The translations under genes were made by a program, and so were the position numbers. The notes beneath the pieces are model-generated. The model was not told where the DNA came from. It saw nothing but the letters and a program-made list of their open reading frames with translations, and searched no databases. Source: an uncultured Methanomicrobiales archaeon (lineage in GTDB: Archaea > Halobacteriota > Methanomicrobia > Methanomicrobiales > Methanospirillaceae). From it: a DNA stretch of 64,000 nucleotides. Shown piece by piece: positions 9,854-21,134 of this stretch (positions within the stretch are counted from its first letter, which is position 1; each line of letters opens with the position of its first letter). The DNA lies in contig CAVWXH010000003.1 in the NCBI GenBank assembly GCA_963758915.1, positions 352,001-416,000 of the forward strand, in the 5' to 3' direction.

Positions 9854-10672
9854 ATGACAACGATTCTTGTTGACAAGGATCTCTGCACACGGTGCGGGAT
9901 CTGCTCTGATGTCTGCCCGATGGCGATTATTACCCCCGCCGACGAGAACACCCTGCCGGTGGTAACCGGGGCAGTGACCGGCATGTGCATCCAGTGCGGC
10001 CATTGTGAGGTCTCCTGCCCGTCAGGTGCACTCCTCCTGAACGTCCGCCCGGATGAGAAAGTGCCCCTGCCAGCCGGTGCCGGTACAATCTCTCCCGAAA
10101 ATATGGCATTCTACCTTAAAAAACGCCGTTCAGTGAGGGAATTTACGACTGACCCGGTACCAAAGGAGAAGATCCTCGAAGTCCTCGATATCGCCCGTTA
10201 CGCCGCTTCAGGAAGCAACGGGCAGCCTGTGCAGTGGCTGGTAGTCCATGATCCAAAGAGGGTCAGGAAGATTGCCGGGCTGACCATCGAGTGGATGAAA
10301 ACCCTGCAGAATACGAACCATCCGTTGAGCGGCTACCTGCCGGTGCTGGTCGGAGCATGGGCAGCAGGACAGGATATTATCTGCAGGGATGCCCCGCACC
10401 TGCTCTTCGCCCATATCCCGGATGGCAACCCGATTGCATCCGTGGATGCGATAATCGCCCTCACCCATTTCGACGTTGCTGCGCCTGCATTCGGTATCGG
10501 GACCTGCTGGGCAGGATTTGTCGCGATGGCCGCTCTATCGTATGAACCCCTTCAGAAGGAGCTCGGTATTCCCGCCGGACGGAAAATCGCTTATGCGATG
10601 ATGTTCGGCCACCCGCAATACGAGATCTATGGGATCCCCCGCCGGAAACCCCTTGAGATAACGTGGCAGTGA
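9854..10672 (+). CDS. Nitroreductase family protein with N-terminal 2x[4Fe-4S] ferredoxin domain
   Basis: CTRCGICSDVCP and CIQCGHCEVSCP; RRSVREF, ASGSNGQP, GIGTCWAG. Confidence 0.93.
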   Translation: MTTILVDKDLCTRCGICSDVCPMAIITPADENTLPVVTGAVTGMCIQCGHCEVSCPSGALLLNVRPDEKVPLPAGAGTISPENMAFYLKKRRSVREFTTDPVPKEKILEVLDIARYAASGSNGQPVQWLVVHDPKRVRKIAGLTIEWMKTLQNTNHPLSGYLPVLVGAWAAGQDIICRDAPHLLFAHIPDGNPIASVDAIIALTHFDVAAPAFGIGTCWAGFVAMAALSYEPLQKELGIPAGRKIAYAMMFGHPQYEIYGIPRRKPLEITWQ

Positions 10673-10875
10673 TGCCCACATCCCCGGCCCACCGATTCTG
10701 TTTCGGCACGGTGACCGGGATGATGCGGCCATGTATGGAACGACCAGGGCCCGGAGATCTTACGTAAACCAGCCTAACGGGCGTTTTATTTGAAAAGAAG
10801 GTCCCAATCCCGTTCATTTATACATGTACATTTCCGGAGGGGCTGAAAAATGACAGGGTCCTTTAAAAAAAGAAA

Positions 10876-11421
10876 TTAAATGCCCTTGCGCACGAACGCA
10901 GGGCTGTAGGGGGCCCTCTGGTATACCAGGGTTTCCCCTGAATTATCCGTTATTGTCAATTCCTGGTGTATATTCACCGTATAGGTTGTTGCAGCCTGCA
11001 GGATCCTGAAGTATACTGTTTCGTTATTCGTAGCGTTGGGGCAATACATCGTGCTGGATGCGAGAGGGCCAACCATGATACCGTTCCCCTGAGGGAGGAC
11101 CTTGCCGGTCAGGGTATAGTGTCCATTATAATTATTGCAGCCGGAGGACCCGATGATGTTGGATTGATTGGTGAACACGGCAGTAATTTGCGGGCCCGTC
11201 ATCTCAACGGGTGCCATACCACCCTGTTCTGCCATCATTTTGAGGTACCAGGTCCCGACCAGGAGTGGATCAATGATCGGGGGGGAAAGAGCAGGGTTAT
11301 TTGTTACCGGTACTTCGGTGGTTACCGGGGTAACCGGTCTCGAAGCAGGCAGGCTTGTACACCCTGCCATCAGTACGAGAAGAAATGCACAGATAACTAT
11401 ACACGCAGTAAGAATTTTCAT
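10876..11421 (-). CDS. META-domain (HslJ-like) lipoprotein
   Basis: Lipobox LMAGC; GSSGCNNYNGHY, GPLASSTMYC; start moved to MKILTACIV. Confidence 0.88.
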   Translation of the reverse strand: MKILTACIVICAFLLVLMAGCTSLPASRPVTPVTTEVPVTNNPALSPPIIDPLLVGTWYLKMMAEQGGMAPVEMTGPQITAVFTNQSNIIGSSGCNNYNGHYTLTGKVLPQGNGIMVGPLASSTMYCPNATNNETVYFRILQAATTYTVNIHQELTITDNSGETLVYQRAPYSPAFVRKGI

Positions 11422-11669
11422 ACGATAGAATACACCCGTCACGTAATAAAGGTGAATAATGTCAGGGAGAGCAGGTATACTCCCGTTAATCACGGGTGCG
11501 AACGACCCCTTCATACGTGCTTCAACAAGGCCAGAAAATACGAAATCCGGTACCATGGTCCCGTCATGGTCACCTGGTGGACTGACTGTTACAACTATCA
11601 TCGGAATGCCCATATGCCCGTAAAAACAATACGGCAACCATCTTATGCCCGGAAAACCTAATTGGAGGT

Positions 11670-13160
11670 ATGGAACCGGACCGGGCAGGCACGTTGCAGA
11701 AAAGTTATACACTCCTCATCATCTCAATATCACTTGCCACATTTATGTCGGCACTTGATGGAACAATTGTAAATATCGCACTCCCTACGATATCTGAAGT
11801 ATTCAGCGTCACCACCAGCACGGTGAGCTGGGTATCTACAATTTACCTGCTGGTTATGGCAGGATGTGTCCTGATCTTCGGTAAAATCTCTGATGTCATC
11901 GGGTTTAAAAAAGTGTTCCTGTCAGGTTTCTTAATTTTCACCATCGGATCTTTCTGCTGTGGATTCCTCCCGGATTTAATCCATTCCTTTCCAGTCCTTA
12001 TCGGTTCCCGGGCATTCCAGGCGGTCGGGGGTGCCATGATCACCGCGATCGGCCCCGCGATGGTCACGGCGTATATTCCAATGAAGCAGAAAGGAAAAGC
12101 CATGGGCATCGTGCTTACATTCGCAGCCCTTGGTACGGCAATCGGGCCGACTATCGGTGGTGTACTCACGCAGTTCCTCTCCTGGAACTGGATTTTTTTC
12201 ATTAATGTCCCGGTCGGAATTTGTGCGGTTATTCTTGGTGCTAAGGTGATCCCGGCGGTGAAGGGCCGGGAACTAACGGGTGAGTTCGACCGGGCGGGTG
12301 CAGTCCTGATATTCACGGGCCTGGCCTCCCTGCTCTTTGCGTTGTCAGAAGGGCAGACACTTGGATGGACCGACCCGGTCATCCTCGGCAGCTTTGTACT
12401 GGCACTTATCACCCTAAGCGGCTTTGTCAGGTGCGAACTCCGGGCTGCAGACCCGCTGCTCGAGCTTCGCCTGTTTAAACGGAAAAATTTCCTCCTTACC
12501 AACACCACGATGGTCCTGCTGTTCTTCAGCTTTGCCGGTATCAGTTACCTGCTCCCGTTTTATCTCCAGTACGTACAGGGGTTCACCCCCTCGGTGGCCG
12601 GGTTGATACTGACATCACTCTCAGTTGCCATGATGGTGGGCGGAATCCTTGCAGGTATGCTCTATAACCGGGCAGGCGGCAGATTGCTCAGTATCGCTGC
12701 CGGGATTTCAATTGTTGCCGGGTATTTCCTGATGACACGTATCCGCCCGGATACGACCACCGGGTTTGTCGTCCTGTGCCTGGTACTGATCGGATTCGGA
12801 CTTGGCCTGATGCTGACACCGGCATCCAACATGATCATGAACTCGGTCGGAAAAAAATACCAGGGCATGGTCTCAAGCCTTACCAGTCTTGAGCGGTTTG
12901 CGCCCATGACAATCGGCATTGCCATCTTCAATATCGTATTTATCCAGGGTATTAACGCAATTGCCAGCCACAACAGGATTACAGAGGTAGCACCGGCATA
13001 CATCAGGACAGAAGTGCTCACGGCAGGTTTTGACCTGGCATTTTTGTTTGCGTTTGCGGTCGGCATCATTATCCTGGCCCTTGCAGTCCTTGCACGCCAG
13101 GAGACACATCCTGATTACCAGTCAGGTGACGAAGACCCGGCAACTCAACATAGTACATAA
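11670..13160 (+). CDS. DHA2 (EmrB/QacA) MFS efflux transporter
   Basis: LDGTIVNIALPTI, GPTIGGVLT, WNWIFFINVPVG; about 14 TM segments. Confidence 0.93.
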   Translation: MEPDRAGTLQKSYTLLIISISLATFMSALDGTIVNIALPTISEVFSVTTSTVSWVSTIYLLVMAGCVLIFGKISDVIGFKKVFLSGFLIFTIGSFCCGFLPDLIHSFPVLIGSRAFQAVGGAMITAIGPAMVTAYIPMKQKGKAMGIVLTFAALGTAIGPTIGGVLTQFLSWNWIFFINVPVGICAVILGAKVIPAVKGRELTGEFDRAGAVLIFTGLASLLFALSEGQTLGWTDPVILGSFVLALITLSGFVRCELRAADPLLELRLFKRKNFLLTNTTMVLLFFSFAGISYLLPFYLQYVQGFTPSVAGLILTSLSVAMMVGGILAGMLYNRAGGRLLSIAAGISIVAGYFLMTRIRPDTTTGFVVLCLVLIGFGLGLMLTPASNMIMNSVGKKYQGMVSSLTSLERFAPMTIGIAIFNIVFIQGINAIASHNRITEVAPAYIRTEVLTAGFDLAFLFAFAVGIIILALAVLARQETHPDYQSGDEDPATQHST

Positions 13161-13574
13161 AAGCGGGGAAAACAGGGGTTTTGCTGGTATGAAAAACTCC
13201 GGCAAAAACGATTTGAAATCCACCTTTTTTCGTGCTCATCTATGAGCCAAAGGCTCAATAGCACGCTCTGTAGAGACCCTTCACATTTAATGAGTTGCAA
13301 AAGAGTAGTCGGCCCCATCGGGGCAATTACAGGAGCAGGGAGATTTCGTCTCCTCACAAAATTAATCACATGTATCCTGGTTGCACCATCTTAACCGGCA
13401 GATCAGGGTCCGCCAGCTGGTTTTGAGGAAATACCTTTTCGAAGGTCTCACACGCTCATAAATTCTCCTGACGATTACAGGAAAAGGCCGGGAGGTACTC
13501 CGGGAATCGCCCCCCTGATTATAAAAAAAAGGTTGGGTATCTGAACCCGCCAGGAAGAAAAAAAGTGAGGGGGA

Positions 13575-13997
13575 TCAGATCTTCGGACTTTCTTTCCCGA
13601 TTATCCGTGCAATTTCACCGAGCTCGCGTGCCAGGAGACGGATAATATCATCGAGGGTAATGAGTCCGACAAGCCTCCCACCCATGTCTACCACGGGTAA
13701 GCGACGTACTCCCGATGATTTCATCTCCTGGATCGCATCAAAAACATCAGTATCCTTACGGATAGTCCTGACATCTCCGGTCATTATTTCTGATATTAAC
13801 CGTGTCTCCTCCTCCTCACAGAGGTACCCCCCGCGGATTGCAAAATCCCGGTCGGTAACGATCCCTACCGGTTTATTATTCTCTGCGATCACCACACACC
13901 CGATATTTTTCTCCTTCATCAACTCAGCAACGAATTTCACGGTAGTATCAGGCGTAACACTAATGACATTATTCTGGCAGACGGCGTAAATGTTCAT
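13575..13997 (-). CDS. CBS-pair domain protein
   Basis: GIVTDRDFAIR and VRRLPVVD..GRLVGLITLDD. Confidence 0.92.
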   Translation of the reverse strand: MNIYAVCQNNVISVTPDTTVKFVAELMKEKNIGCVVIAENNKPVGIVTDRDFAIRGGYLCEEEETRLISEIMTGDVRTIRKDTDVFDAIQEMKSSGVRRLPVVDMGGRLVGLITLDDIIRLLARELGEIARIIGKESPKI

Positions 13998-14213
13998 GAT
14001 AATTCTCTTCAATTATTGGCAACAGCCGGGCTTTAATCCTTGGGACGGTTTTTTACCTGTATTCAGAAAACCATGATGGAAAAAGTAAGTGGAATAGTTT
14101 GGGATTTGTAAAAGATTTTGCGATAAGGCCGGGAATGTAACTGGAGCGATTAAAAAAATTGAATTCCTAATTTTTTTGTCAGATCAGAAATGACCGGATA
14201 ATGCAGGTTCAAT

Positions 14214-14576
14214 TCACAATTCTGTCAAAGTGCATGGAAGGAACGGTCTGTACCAGACTTCTACTTCACCATCATAGTGATGGGAGAGGTCTTCGTATGA
14301 TTCCACATACCCGAGCTCCCCCAGAATATGCTGCATAATATTTGAGGGTTTTACAATTCGCACATCATAGCCTTCGGATATCCATCGACGGAGAAGGTTC
14401 CGGGTATTTCCTTCATTTTTACACCGGGATATGATGTAGTGGAGATAGAGGCGGGTGTCTTTGTAGAGCTCCAGCCAGCCCGAGAACAATTCTTCGGTAA
14501 AACCGAGATCATCCCCATCGGAAGTCCCTGTTTCAATGCGTTTTGGTATTGCCTGATCATTATCCAGATGTAACAC
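14214..14576 (-). CDS. Hypothetical protein (possibly minimal GNAT-like fold)
   Basis: 120-aa ORF with protein-like composition; LYLHYIISRCKNEGN..NLL resembles the acetyl-CoA loop region. Confidence 0.55.
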   Translation of the reverse strand: MLHLDNDQAIPKRIETGTSDGDDLGFTEELFSGWLELYKDTRLYLHYIISRCKNEGNTRNLLRRWISEGYDVRIVKPSNIMQHILGELGYVESYEDLSHHYDGEVEVWYRPFLPCTLTEL

Positions 14577-14699
14577 AGTAGTATCCAGATGCAGGGTGGA
14601 TGAAAATAGGTATCGGTATTACCATACGGTCCAACCTGTAATGTAATCATGGTTTCTATCTGAAAAGGCCCAGACTCAGTAAAAAAGACCTCAATGTTG

Positions 14700-17465
14700 T
14701 TATTTTCTGTGCTCCCGCACAACGTGGAATGCAGCCATACCGAGACTTATCAGGGCGATCACGGCACCAAATCCGGGCTGGGCGGTTGGCCGGGTAGCTG
14801 GGGGGGTCGTCCTGGCGGGAAGTACGGTGGTGGTTATATTGATGACCTGCGGAGTGATTGTCACGGTAACGGGAACGGTTGCTGGTGTGGGCCCGATGAC
14901 ACTGGCCAGGCGTGAGGACTTTGCGCTGACGCTGATTTTGTTGGACCCGGACCCGGAGTCCTCGTCTCCCGTTGTTGAATCAGCGGGTGTTGTGTCGTTG
15001 ATCGAGGTGTCTGGTCCGGTCAGGTCCACCTCATCGGGCGCAACGGTCCTGTGTGTTGCCGGGTTGAATTCGACCAGGTTGAACCGGGTTGATGCCTGTG
15101 CACCGACCGTAACTCCTGATACCATAACGATGTACTCATCGGGCCGGAATGCCGCTGCATCGACGGGGAATACCCATTTATTAAGCCCATCTGTCCCCTT
15201 CAGGACTGTTACTGTCCCGGATACACCGCCGAATTCCCCACCCCGGGTCTTCGTGGTGGGCTCGAAAGACGAGGAAATAACGTCAACGAGGATCGTATCG
15301 TCGATTGCAAGATTCGTAGTACCCGCAAGAGTGAACCTGTCGCCGACCTGTTTCTCATCTACCGGGAGAATCGTTATGTGAGGGACTTCAACAAGGAACT
15401 GCAGCTTCGCGTAAATGTCATCAATAGCAGGGTTGTTGAGGGCCTGGACAAGTGCACCTGCTGCATCAGGCCCCTGGAGACTGCCTTCACCCTGTAACCG
15501 GAACAGGGTGTTCCCATACACCGGGTAGCTGCCCGCAACAAGGTCTTTGTTGGTATCACCGGCCACCGGGGATGAGGGCCAGACGTCGAATACTTCGTTA
15601 TACATCGGGTGCTGCACGACGACAAAATACTGGCCTGCTGCCATGTCATCCGTTGTGCCCGGGGAGATCTCCTGCTCGAAGGTGCCGTCAGCATTGACAA
15701 TTGGGGTCTGGTAGATCACCTTGTTCTTTCCGAATATCCAGACGGCGACACCATTCTCCGGCTGGCCTGCAGCAATGCCACGGACAAAAAGCCTGTCACC
15801 CGATGCTACGGCAGAAGGTGACACCGTTGCACTGACGAATGGCTTCTTTATGATGACAGATACGGTTGAATATTCGGTAACGGTGAGGAGTGACTTGTCG
15901 ACCGGAGCTGCAATTGCGTAGATGGTGTACGCCCCCGTGTCAATGTTGAGGTTCGCGGTCTGCCAGAGGTATTCCCATTCTTTGTTAATAACCTCCGCCC
16001 TGGCAAAGGTTTCGGGATTATCCACATCGACCGGCGTTCCCGGTCCGGTCATCTGCCCACCGTTTTTTGGCAGGTTCGGGCCGGTGATGAACAGGTAGGT
16101 GAAGTTCGACGCTGAACTCGTGCCGGCAAGGGCTATCTCTTCGCCGAGAAAATAGGTCCGGGCACCTCGCACGGCAGACTGGCTAGCCACTTCCACCGCT
16201 CCTTTTTCAACAGAGATATCGACTTCCGCGGTCCGGAAGGTCCTGCCCGGGCCGGAGTCTGATGATGGCGGGTCATATGGCTCCGGACGCTCTACCTGGA
16301 TGGTATAATCGTCATCTTTGGTATTCACCGTAGTTGAAAAACCAATGGTGCGGTTGCCGTTACGGTCAAGGGTAACTGAGGCATAGTACACCACCCCCCT
16401 TACATTTTCCCGGCCGTACAACTGTGCGACGTCCTGCTGGATCGTCCTGGTTGAACCCCCGGATATATACTGGCCGATTGGCCATGGCCCGCCCTTCGGG
16501 TCCATCCTGACACCGTCCTGCGAAAGAATGAGGCTTGGGGGCTGGTCCCCTGCCATGCCACTCATGGAGCTCGTGTCCTTAACCCAGAGATAATAGGCAC
16601 TATCCGGCTTGCCCCTGATGGTCACCGTAAATGCATCACCCCGGACAACCGTTTCGTTGCTGACCTCAATATGGACGGAACCTGATTCTATTGTGACATT
16701 ATGGACTGCAGAGACGGTCCTGCCGGTGAAATCATTGCCGGATGCCTCCTTATAGTTGTCCTTCATTCCGTTCAGGTTGGATTCCGTCCAGAATGTGTAA
16801 AGGCCCGATGGGTATGCAAGGTTATGTTCCGGGCCGCGAAAGCCGGTAGACCATCCTTCCTCACTGCCTTTTTCAACTGGTACCCAGTACCACGGCATCG
16901 CATCCGGTGCGAGGTCTGCCAGGTCAAGCAGGGTAGTTTCATCCTGGTAAAGCCGGGTATACAGGGTCCCGTCAGGGGCCCTGACCCTGATGGTGAAGAA
17001 CCCCTCCGCACCAGGCCGCTGTACCGGGATTATACTCAGCGTTGTTTCAATGCGGAACGCCAGGAAATCACCTGATGTGGCACTCCTGTTGGTAATATCG
17101 TTACCTGACTCCTGGTTGTAGACTGAAATTGTCTGCGAGGGATCGCAGACGGCAAATCCTACCTGATCACTGTTCCCGATGTACCAGTTTCCTGTGCGCC
17201 TTGCAAATTCAGTGGGAGATACATAGAAACTGGCGTTGTCTCCGATCGTTATGGTGGCAGATGGGGCACTCCGGCCCACGGCCTGGGTGCCGGTATACCA
17301 GGTAAGGGTAGTACCTGGTGGGATTCCGGTTAAATTCAGGTCCTGTTCACCGATGAAGATCGTGCCACCGAACGGGACGTCCTGCAATGCATCTCCCGGT
17401 GCCGGGACAACCAGGATCAGCAGTGCCATGCACATCGCCAGTGAGATCGTTCGTCGCGTAATCAT
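14700..17465 (-). CDS. Methanomicrobiales S-layer-type glycoprotein (DUF3821 N-terminus, PGF-CTERM)
   Basis: GGTIFIGEQDLNLT; Thr-rich linker; C-terminal QPGFGAVIALISLG + TM + basic tail (archaeosortase A signal). Confidence 0.88.
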   Translation of the reverse strand: MITRRTISLAMCMALLILVVPAPGDALQDVPFGGTIFIGEQDLNLTGIPPGTTLTWYTGTQAVGRSAPSATITIGDNASFYVSPTEFARRTGNWYIGNSDQVGFAVCDPSQTISVYNQESGNDITNRSATSGDFLAFRIETTLSIIPVQRPGAEGFFTIRVRAPDGTLYTRLYQDETTLLDLADLAPDAMPWYWVPVEKGSEEGWSTGFRGPEHNLAYPSGLYTFWTESNLNGMKDNYKEASGNDFTGRTVSAVHNVTIESGSVHIEVSNETVVRGDAFTVTIRGKPDSAYYLWVKDTSSMSGMAGDQPPSLILSQDGVRMDPKGGPWPIGQYISGGSTRTIQQDVAQLYGRENVRGVVYYASVTLDRNGNRTIGFSTTVNTKDDDYTIQVERPEPYDPPSSDSGPGRTFRTAEVDISVEKGAVEVASQSAVRGARTYFLGEEIALAGTSSASNFTYLFITGPNLPKNGGQMTGPGTPVDVDNPETFARAEVINKEWEYLWQTANLNIDTGAYTIYAIAAPVDKSLLTVTEYSTVSVIIKKPFVSATVSPSAVASGDRLFVRGIAAGQPENGVAVWIFGKNKVIYQTPIVNADGTFEQEISPGTTDDMAAGQYFVVVQHPMYNEVFDVWPSSPVAGDTNKDLVAGSYPVYGNTLFRLQGEGSLQGPDAAGALVQALNNPAIDDIYAKLQFLVEVPHITILPVDEKQVGDRFTLAGTTNLAIDDTILVDVISSSFEPTTKTRGGEFGGVSGTVTVLKGTDGLNKWVFPVDAAAFRPDEYIVMVSGVTVGAQASTRFNLVEFNPATHRTVAPDEVDLTGPDTSINDTTPADSTTGDEDSGSGSNKISVSAKSSRLASVIGPTPATVPVTVTITPQVINITTTVLPARTTPPATRPTAQPGFGAVIALISLGMAAFHVVREHRK

Positions 17466-17740
17466 CTTTTATTCCCTGTAACTTGCGTTCAACCGGGTTC
17501 TGCCAGGTTCAGTCCGGGGATTGGAAATTATTTTGGTCCGGGGCCGGGTTTTCATTCCAACCAGGCGGTCCTTTTTGTTATCTGTTCCCGTTTTCCCCAA
17601 AAAGGTCCGGGACCAGCCTGGCTGGTTCTCCACATACCGTTATGCATTCGTGTTCCGCGGTTTACCCTAACTTCACTTGCCGTTAAAAAAAGTGTTTGAT
17701 CTGTACTTCCTGCTGTCGGGCCACCGGAAAAAATGATCAA

Positions 17741-20638
17741 TTACCCGGGGCGGTACCCAAGCGAGTAGACGAACGCAAGAATCTCCCTGACCTGGTCCTG
17801 TTGTTTGTTCGTCAGTTTCCTGTCTTTCTGGATCAGCCTGCCCATCCTGACGATTTTAAGCCGTTGTTCCTGGGACAGTGAACCCGAATGATGGGACCAC
17901 TTGAGGAGGTCAAGCCACTGGGTACTGTTAAATTTGAGATCGCCGTGGGGAACAGGGCCTGTTGAGTCTTTCGGAATTTCATCGGGTTGCCCCCCGTACA
18001 GTACTCCGTTCACGGGGTTTTCCAGTCCTTCCACCACCACTTTTTCAGGTTGAGGGCCATCATCCACCGATGGGGGTGCTTCTGGTGAAACTGCCCGGAC
18101 GGTGTTCTCTTCTGCTGGTTCATCGGGTTGTACAGGTTCTGGTGCCGGACCCGCCTTTTTTGCTGCAGGTTCAGGTTCCAGAAACAGGCTCTCAGCACCG
18201 GAGATCCCCGATACCCGGGGGATCACACCAGATAATACACGGGGAATATCCCCGGAAGACGGGTCTTCCGGTGGTACCGGGGATTGTTTCAATACGGGAG
18301 TGCTGTCCCTGGTGACCGGTTGAGACGGGTGCCCCACGGTCACGGGGAGTCCCTGCTCTTTCGACAGGACCAGTTGGACATTTTCTGTCGGGTTAGTCCC
18401 CTCATCTGGCCGGAAGAGGGGCTGCTGCACCGGGGGACGTCCGTTGCCAGGAGCCGCATCTCCTTCAAAAATGCCGGAATGGCTTTTACGCTCATCAGCG
18501 AGTGAGGTCCTGGCGTGTTCTAGTTCAGAGGAGAGTGTCCGGACCTCCTGTTCAGCGTGTAATTTTTCCCTTGCAAGTTTGCTGACATGTGCTTCAAGGG
18601 ATTTTATCTGGTTACCGGCAATTTCGAGTTCTTCTTTGAATTGGCGGATATTTGAGGCCTGGTCTTGTTTCGCACGTTCCATCTCCTCATGCGCAACACG
18701 GAGCTGCTGTCCGAGGCCTTCATGTTGCTCTTCCGCAGCTGTTGCTTTTTCTTCAGAAGTCCGTCGCAGTCCCCGTTCGGTTTCCAGCGCTGCATTTGTC
18801 TGTTCAAGCTCACCGGCAAGGGTTCGTACCTGTTGCCCTGACTGGTCCCTCTCCTGCACTGCCACACTCAGATCATTCCCGAGTACCTGGTTTCTGGTCC
18901 TTGCAGCATCCAGCTCTTGTTCAAGTGCCACGCGGATTGTTGTTATTGCATCAAGATCGCGTTCCCTTTGAGCAAGAGTCACGTTTCGCGAGTCAAGATC
19001 GGCCTTTATATCCTCATATTCCTGGCGCAATGACCCAAGGGCATTGTCATGTTCGAGAATTGTCCGTTCAAGGGTTTCTTCAATAGTACGGCGCTGGCCC
19101 CTCTCTGCTTCAATCTCATATTCCGCTTTTTCTAATGCAGCGGACAGGGCTTTTGCCTTTTGTTCTGATTGTTCCTTCTCAGCACCGGCTTCTTCAAGAT
19201 TCCCCGACAGGGATTGTATCTGCTGTTCCCCGGATGCAACTGCAGACCGGGCTTGTTCGAGTTCGGTTGAAACAGCCACTAACCGGTCTTCGGTTTTCTC
19301 CTTTTCTCCAATTACCACCGCAAGACGCTCTTTTTGTAATTTCGTGGTGCTCTCTTCATGTTCCAGCGCCGCAGACGAGGCAGAAAGCGCTTCCTTCAGG
19401 GTGCCGACCTGCTGGTTGAGTGTTACGATTTCAGAACGATATGATGATTCAGATTGTTCAAATTCCCGCCGGATTGAGACCACCTGGTTTTCTGTCAGAA
19501 CACGGCGGCTGGTTTCCGCATCCAGATCACTCTTCAACCGTTTCAGCTCTGAGGCCTGTTGTTTTGAAGTCTCCTCAAGACCGGTAATTGCCCGGGCCAG
19601 GTCTTGTTCAGACTGCGTTTTTGCCTTTTCCAGCGCCTGTATTTCCTCTTCTGCCGACATTGCCCGGGCTTTCTCTTCAGCAAAGGCCGTTTTCAGCTGC
19701 TCACGTTCGGACGTGAGAGCGCTGAGCGCCTTCTTAAGGGCCTCGCTACGGGTTGTTTCCTCGCCCAGTGCGTGCTGCACGGTATCAAGACTTGTTTTTT
19801 GGGCACCGGATTCTGCCGTGAGGGTGGAGATCCGGCTGGTGAGTGTGTCGGTTTGTGAACGGTGAGCGACCTTAGCACCATCAAGTTCCTGAACAAGATG
19901 TTCGATCTCCTCAGTCTTTTCAACATTCGTCTTTTCCAGCTCCTCGCACTGCCGTGTTAACGCGACAACTTTTTGTTCTTCCTGCCTGGCTGTCGATTGT
20001 ATTGATTCGATGGCCTGGAGCTGCCCGGTCACAGTCCTTTCCAGTTCTTTAAAAGATTCAGAACGTTCCCGGAGTTCTGACGTTACATGCGATAAGGCCT
20101 GGGATTTGTTAACCGTGATCTCAAATGCCGAGAGAAGATATTCGAGGAGTTTTCTCCGGTTGGCAGCAACAACGTAGGTCTTGTCGTCATGGCTGACCTT
20201 AAACTGCTTTGTGATCTGTTCAGGAGTCGGCCGCTCAACAGGAGTTGCGAGCATGCTTTCAATGAGCAGGACGTGATCAGGGAGGTCATAGGGCGGCGCT
20301 ATGAAATTATCGGCATTACTGTCAAGGACCTCCAGGAGGCCCTCAATGGTGGAGGCATTGGTAAGGATCAGGACCGGAATAGACCAGAGGTCGTCGTCAG
20401 CCTTGATCTGGCTGCAGACTTCAAATCCCTCCTGTTCTCCGGTCGTACAGTCACAGATAAGGAGGTTTGGTTTTTCTGCGCGAAGTGTTTCGTTGAGTTG
20501 TGCACCGTCGGTAAAAACCGTAACACGGTAATCCCTCTGTTCCAGGTTCTCCTTAAGCAGAAGAGCCGTCGTTTCATCAGTACTCAAAATGAATATGTCC
20601 AGAACATTTTCATTTCCATCCAACGGTGGGTCATTCAT
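17741..20638 (-). CDS. Receiver-domain protein with long coiled coil and conserved helical C-terminal domain
   Basis: PNLLICD...GFEVCSQIK...IPVLILT..ADNFIAPP; ~500 aa of heptad E/Q/K/A-rich sequence. Confidence 0.88.
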   Translation of the reverse strand: MNDPPLDGNENVLDIFILSTDETTALLLKENLEQRDYRVTVFTDGAQLNETLRAEKPNLLICDCTTGEQEGFEVCSQIKADDDLWSIPVLILTNASTIEGLLEVLDSNADNFIAPPYDLPDHVLLIESMLATPVERPTPEQITKQFKVSHDDKTYVVAANRRKLLEYLLSAFEITVNKSQALSHVTSELRERSESFKELERTVTGQLQAIESIQSTARQEEQKVVALTRQCEELEKTNVEKTEEIEHLVQELDGAKVAHRSQTDTLTSRISTLTAESGAQKTSLDTVQHALGEETTRSEALKKALSALTSEREQLKTAFAEEKARAMSAEEEIQALEKAKTQSEQDLARAITGLEETSKQQASELKRLKSDLDAETSRRVLTENQVVSIRREFEQSESSYRSEIVTLNQQVGTLKEALSASSAALEHEESTTKLQKERLAVVIGEKEKTEDRLVAVSTELEQARSAVASGEQQIQSLSGNLEEAGAEKEQSEQKAKALSAALEKAEYEIEAERGQRRTIEETLERTILEHDNALGSLRQEYEDIKADLDSRNVTLAQRERDLDAITTIRVALEQELDAARTRNQVLGNDLSVAVQERDQSGQQVRTLAGELEQTNAALETERGLRRTSEEKATAAEEQHEGLGQQLRVAHEEMERAKQDQASNIRQFKEELEIAGNQIKSLEAHVSKLAREKLHAEQEVRTLSSELEHARTSLADERKSHSGIFEGDAAPGNGRPPVQQPLFRPDEGTNPTENVQLVLSKEQGLPVTVGHPSQPVTRDSTPVLKQSPVPPEDPSSGDIPRVLSGVIPRVSGISGAESLFLEPEPAAKKAGPAPEPVQPDEPAEENTVRAVSPEAPPSVDDGPQPEKVVVEGLENPVNGVLYGGQPDEIPKDSTGPVPHGDLKFNSTQWLDLLKWSHHSGSLSQEQRLKIVRMGRLIQKDRKLTNKQQDQVREILAFVYSLGYRPG

Positions 20639-21134
20639 CGCAATCTCCCCTATACGATTAGAAACTCATGAAATTCTATACCCTAGTAGATGATCTGGGT
20701 ATACTCTGTAATAGCACTTATGGTCAAACAGGACGTGCCTGTTCTTTTCCACAGAAAAAATTGCAGCAATGGGAAATCAGACCGATTTTTATATCCAAGT
20801 ACTTTTTACCGGATTTACGTCAGGTTGGGTTCTGTCAATGGATTACAACAATCGCGGACGGTTTTTTAATCCTTTCGTTCAAAGGTCCCCTATATCATTA
20901 AAATCCATCAGGTTGAATCTCATCGAAGGCTTGTATCGGCTGTTAAAGACACCCTTTTTACGGCTCACGGATACTCGGTGCCGTTATTGAATAACCGGGT
21001 TGTCGTCCTGACCGGTCAAAGAAACGCCCCTTTGTCGTTCCCGGGAGGCATCTGTATTGTTTATGTACCATGGCAGTACCTGTCAGGCAGATTTTTTTTT
21101 AAAAAAAATTAGGTACCGTAAAGAATCTTTCAGC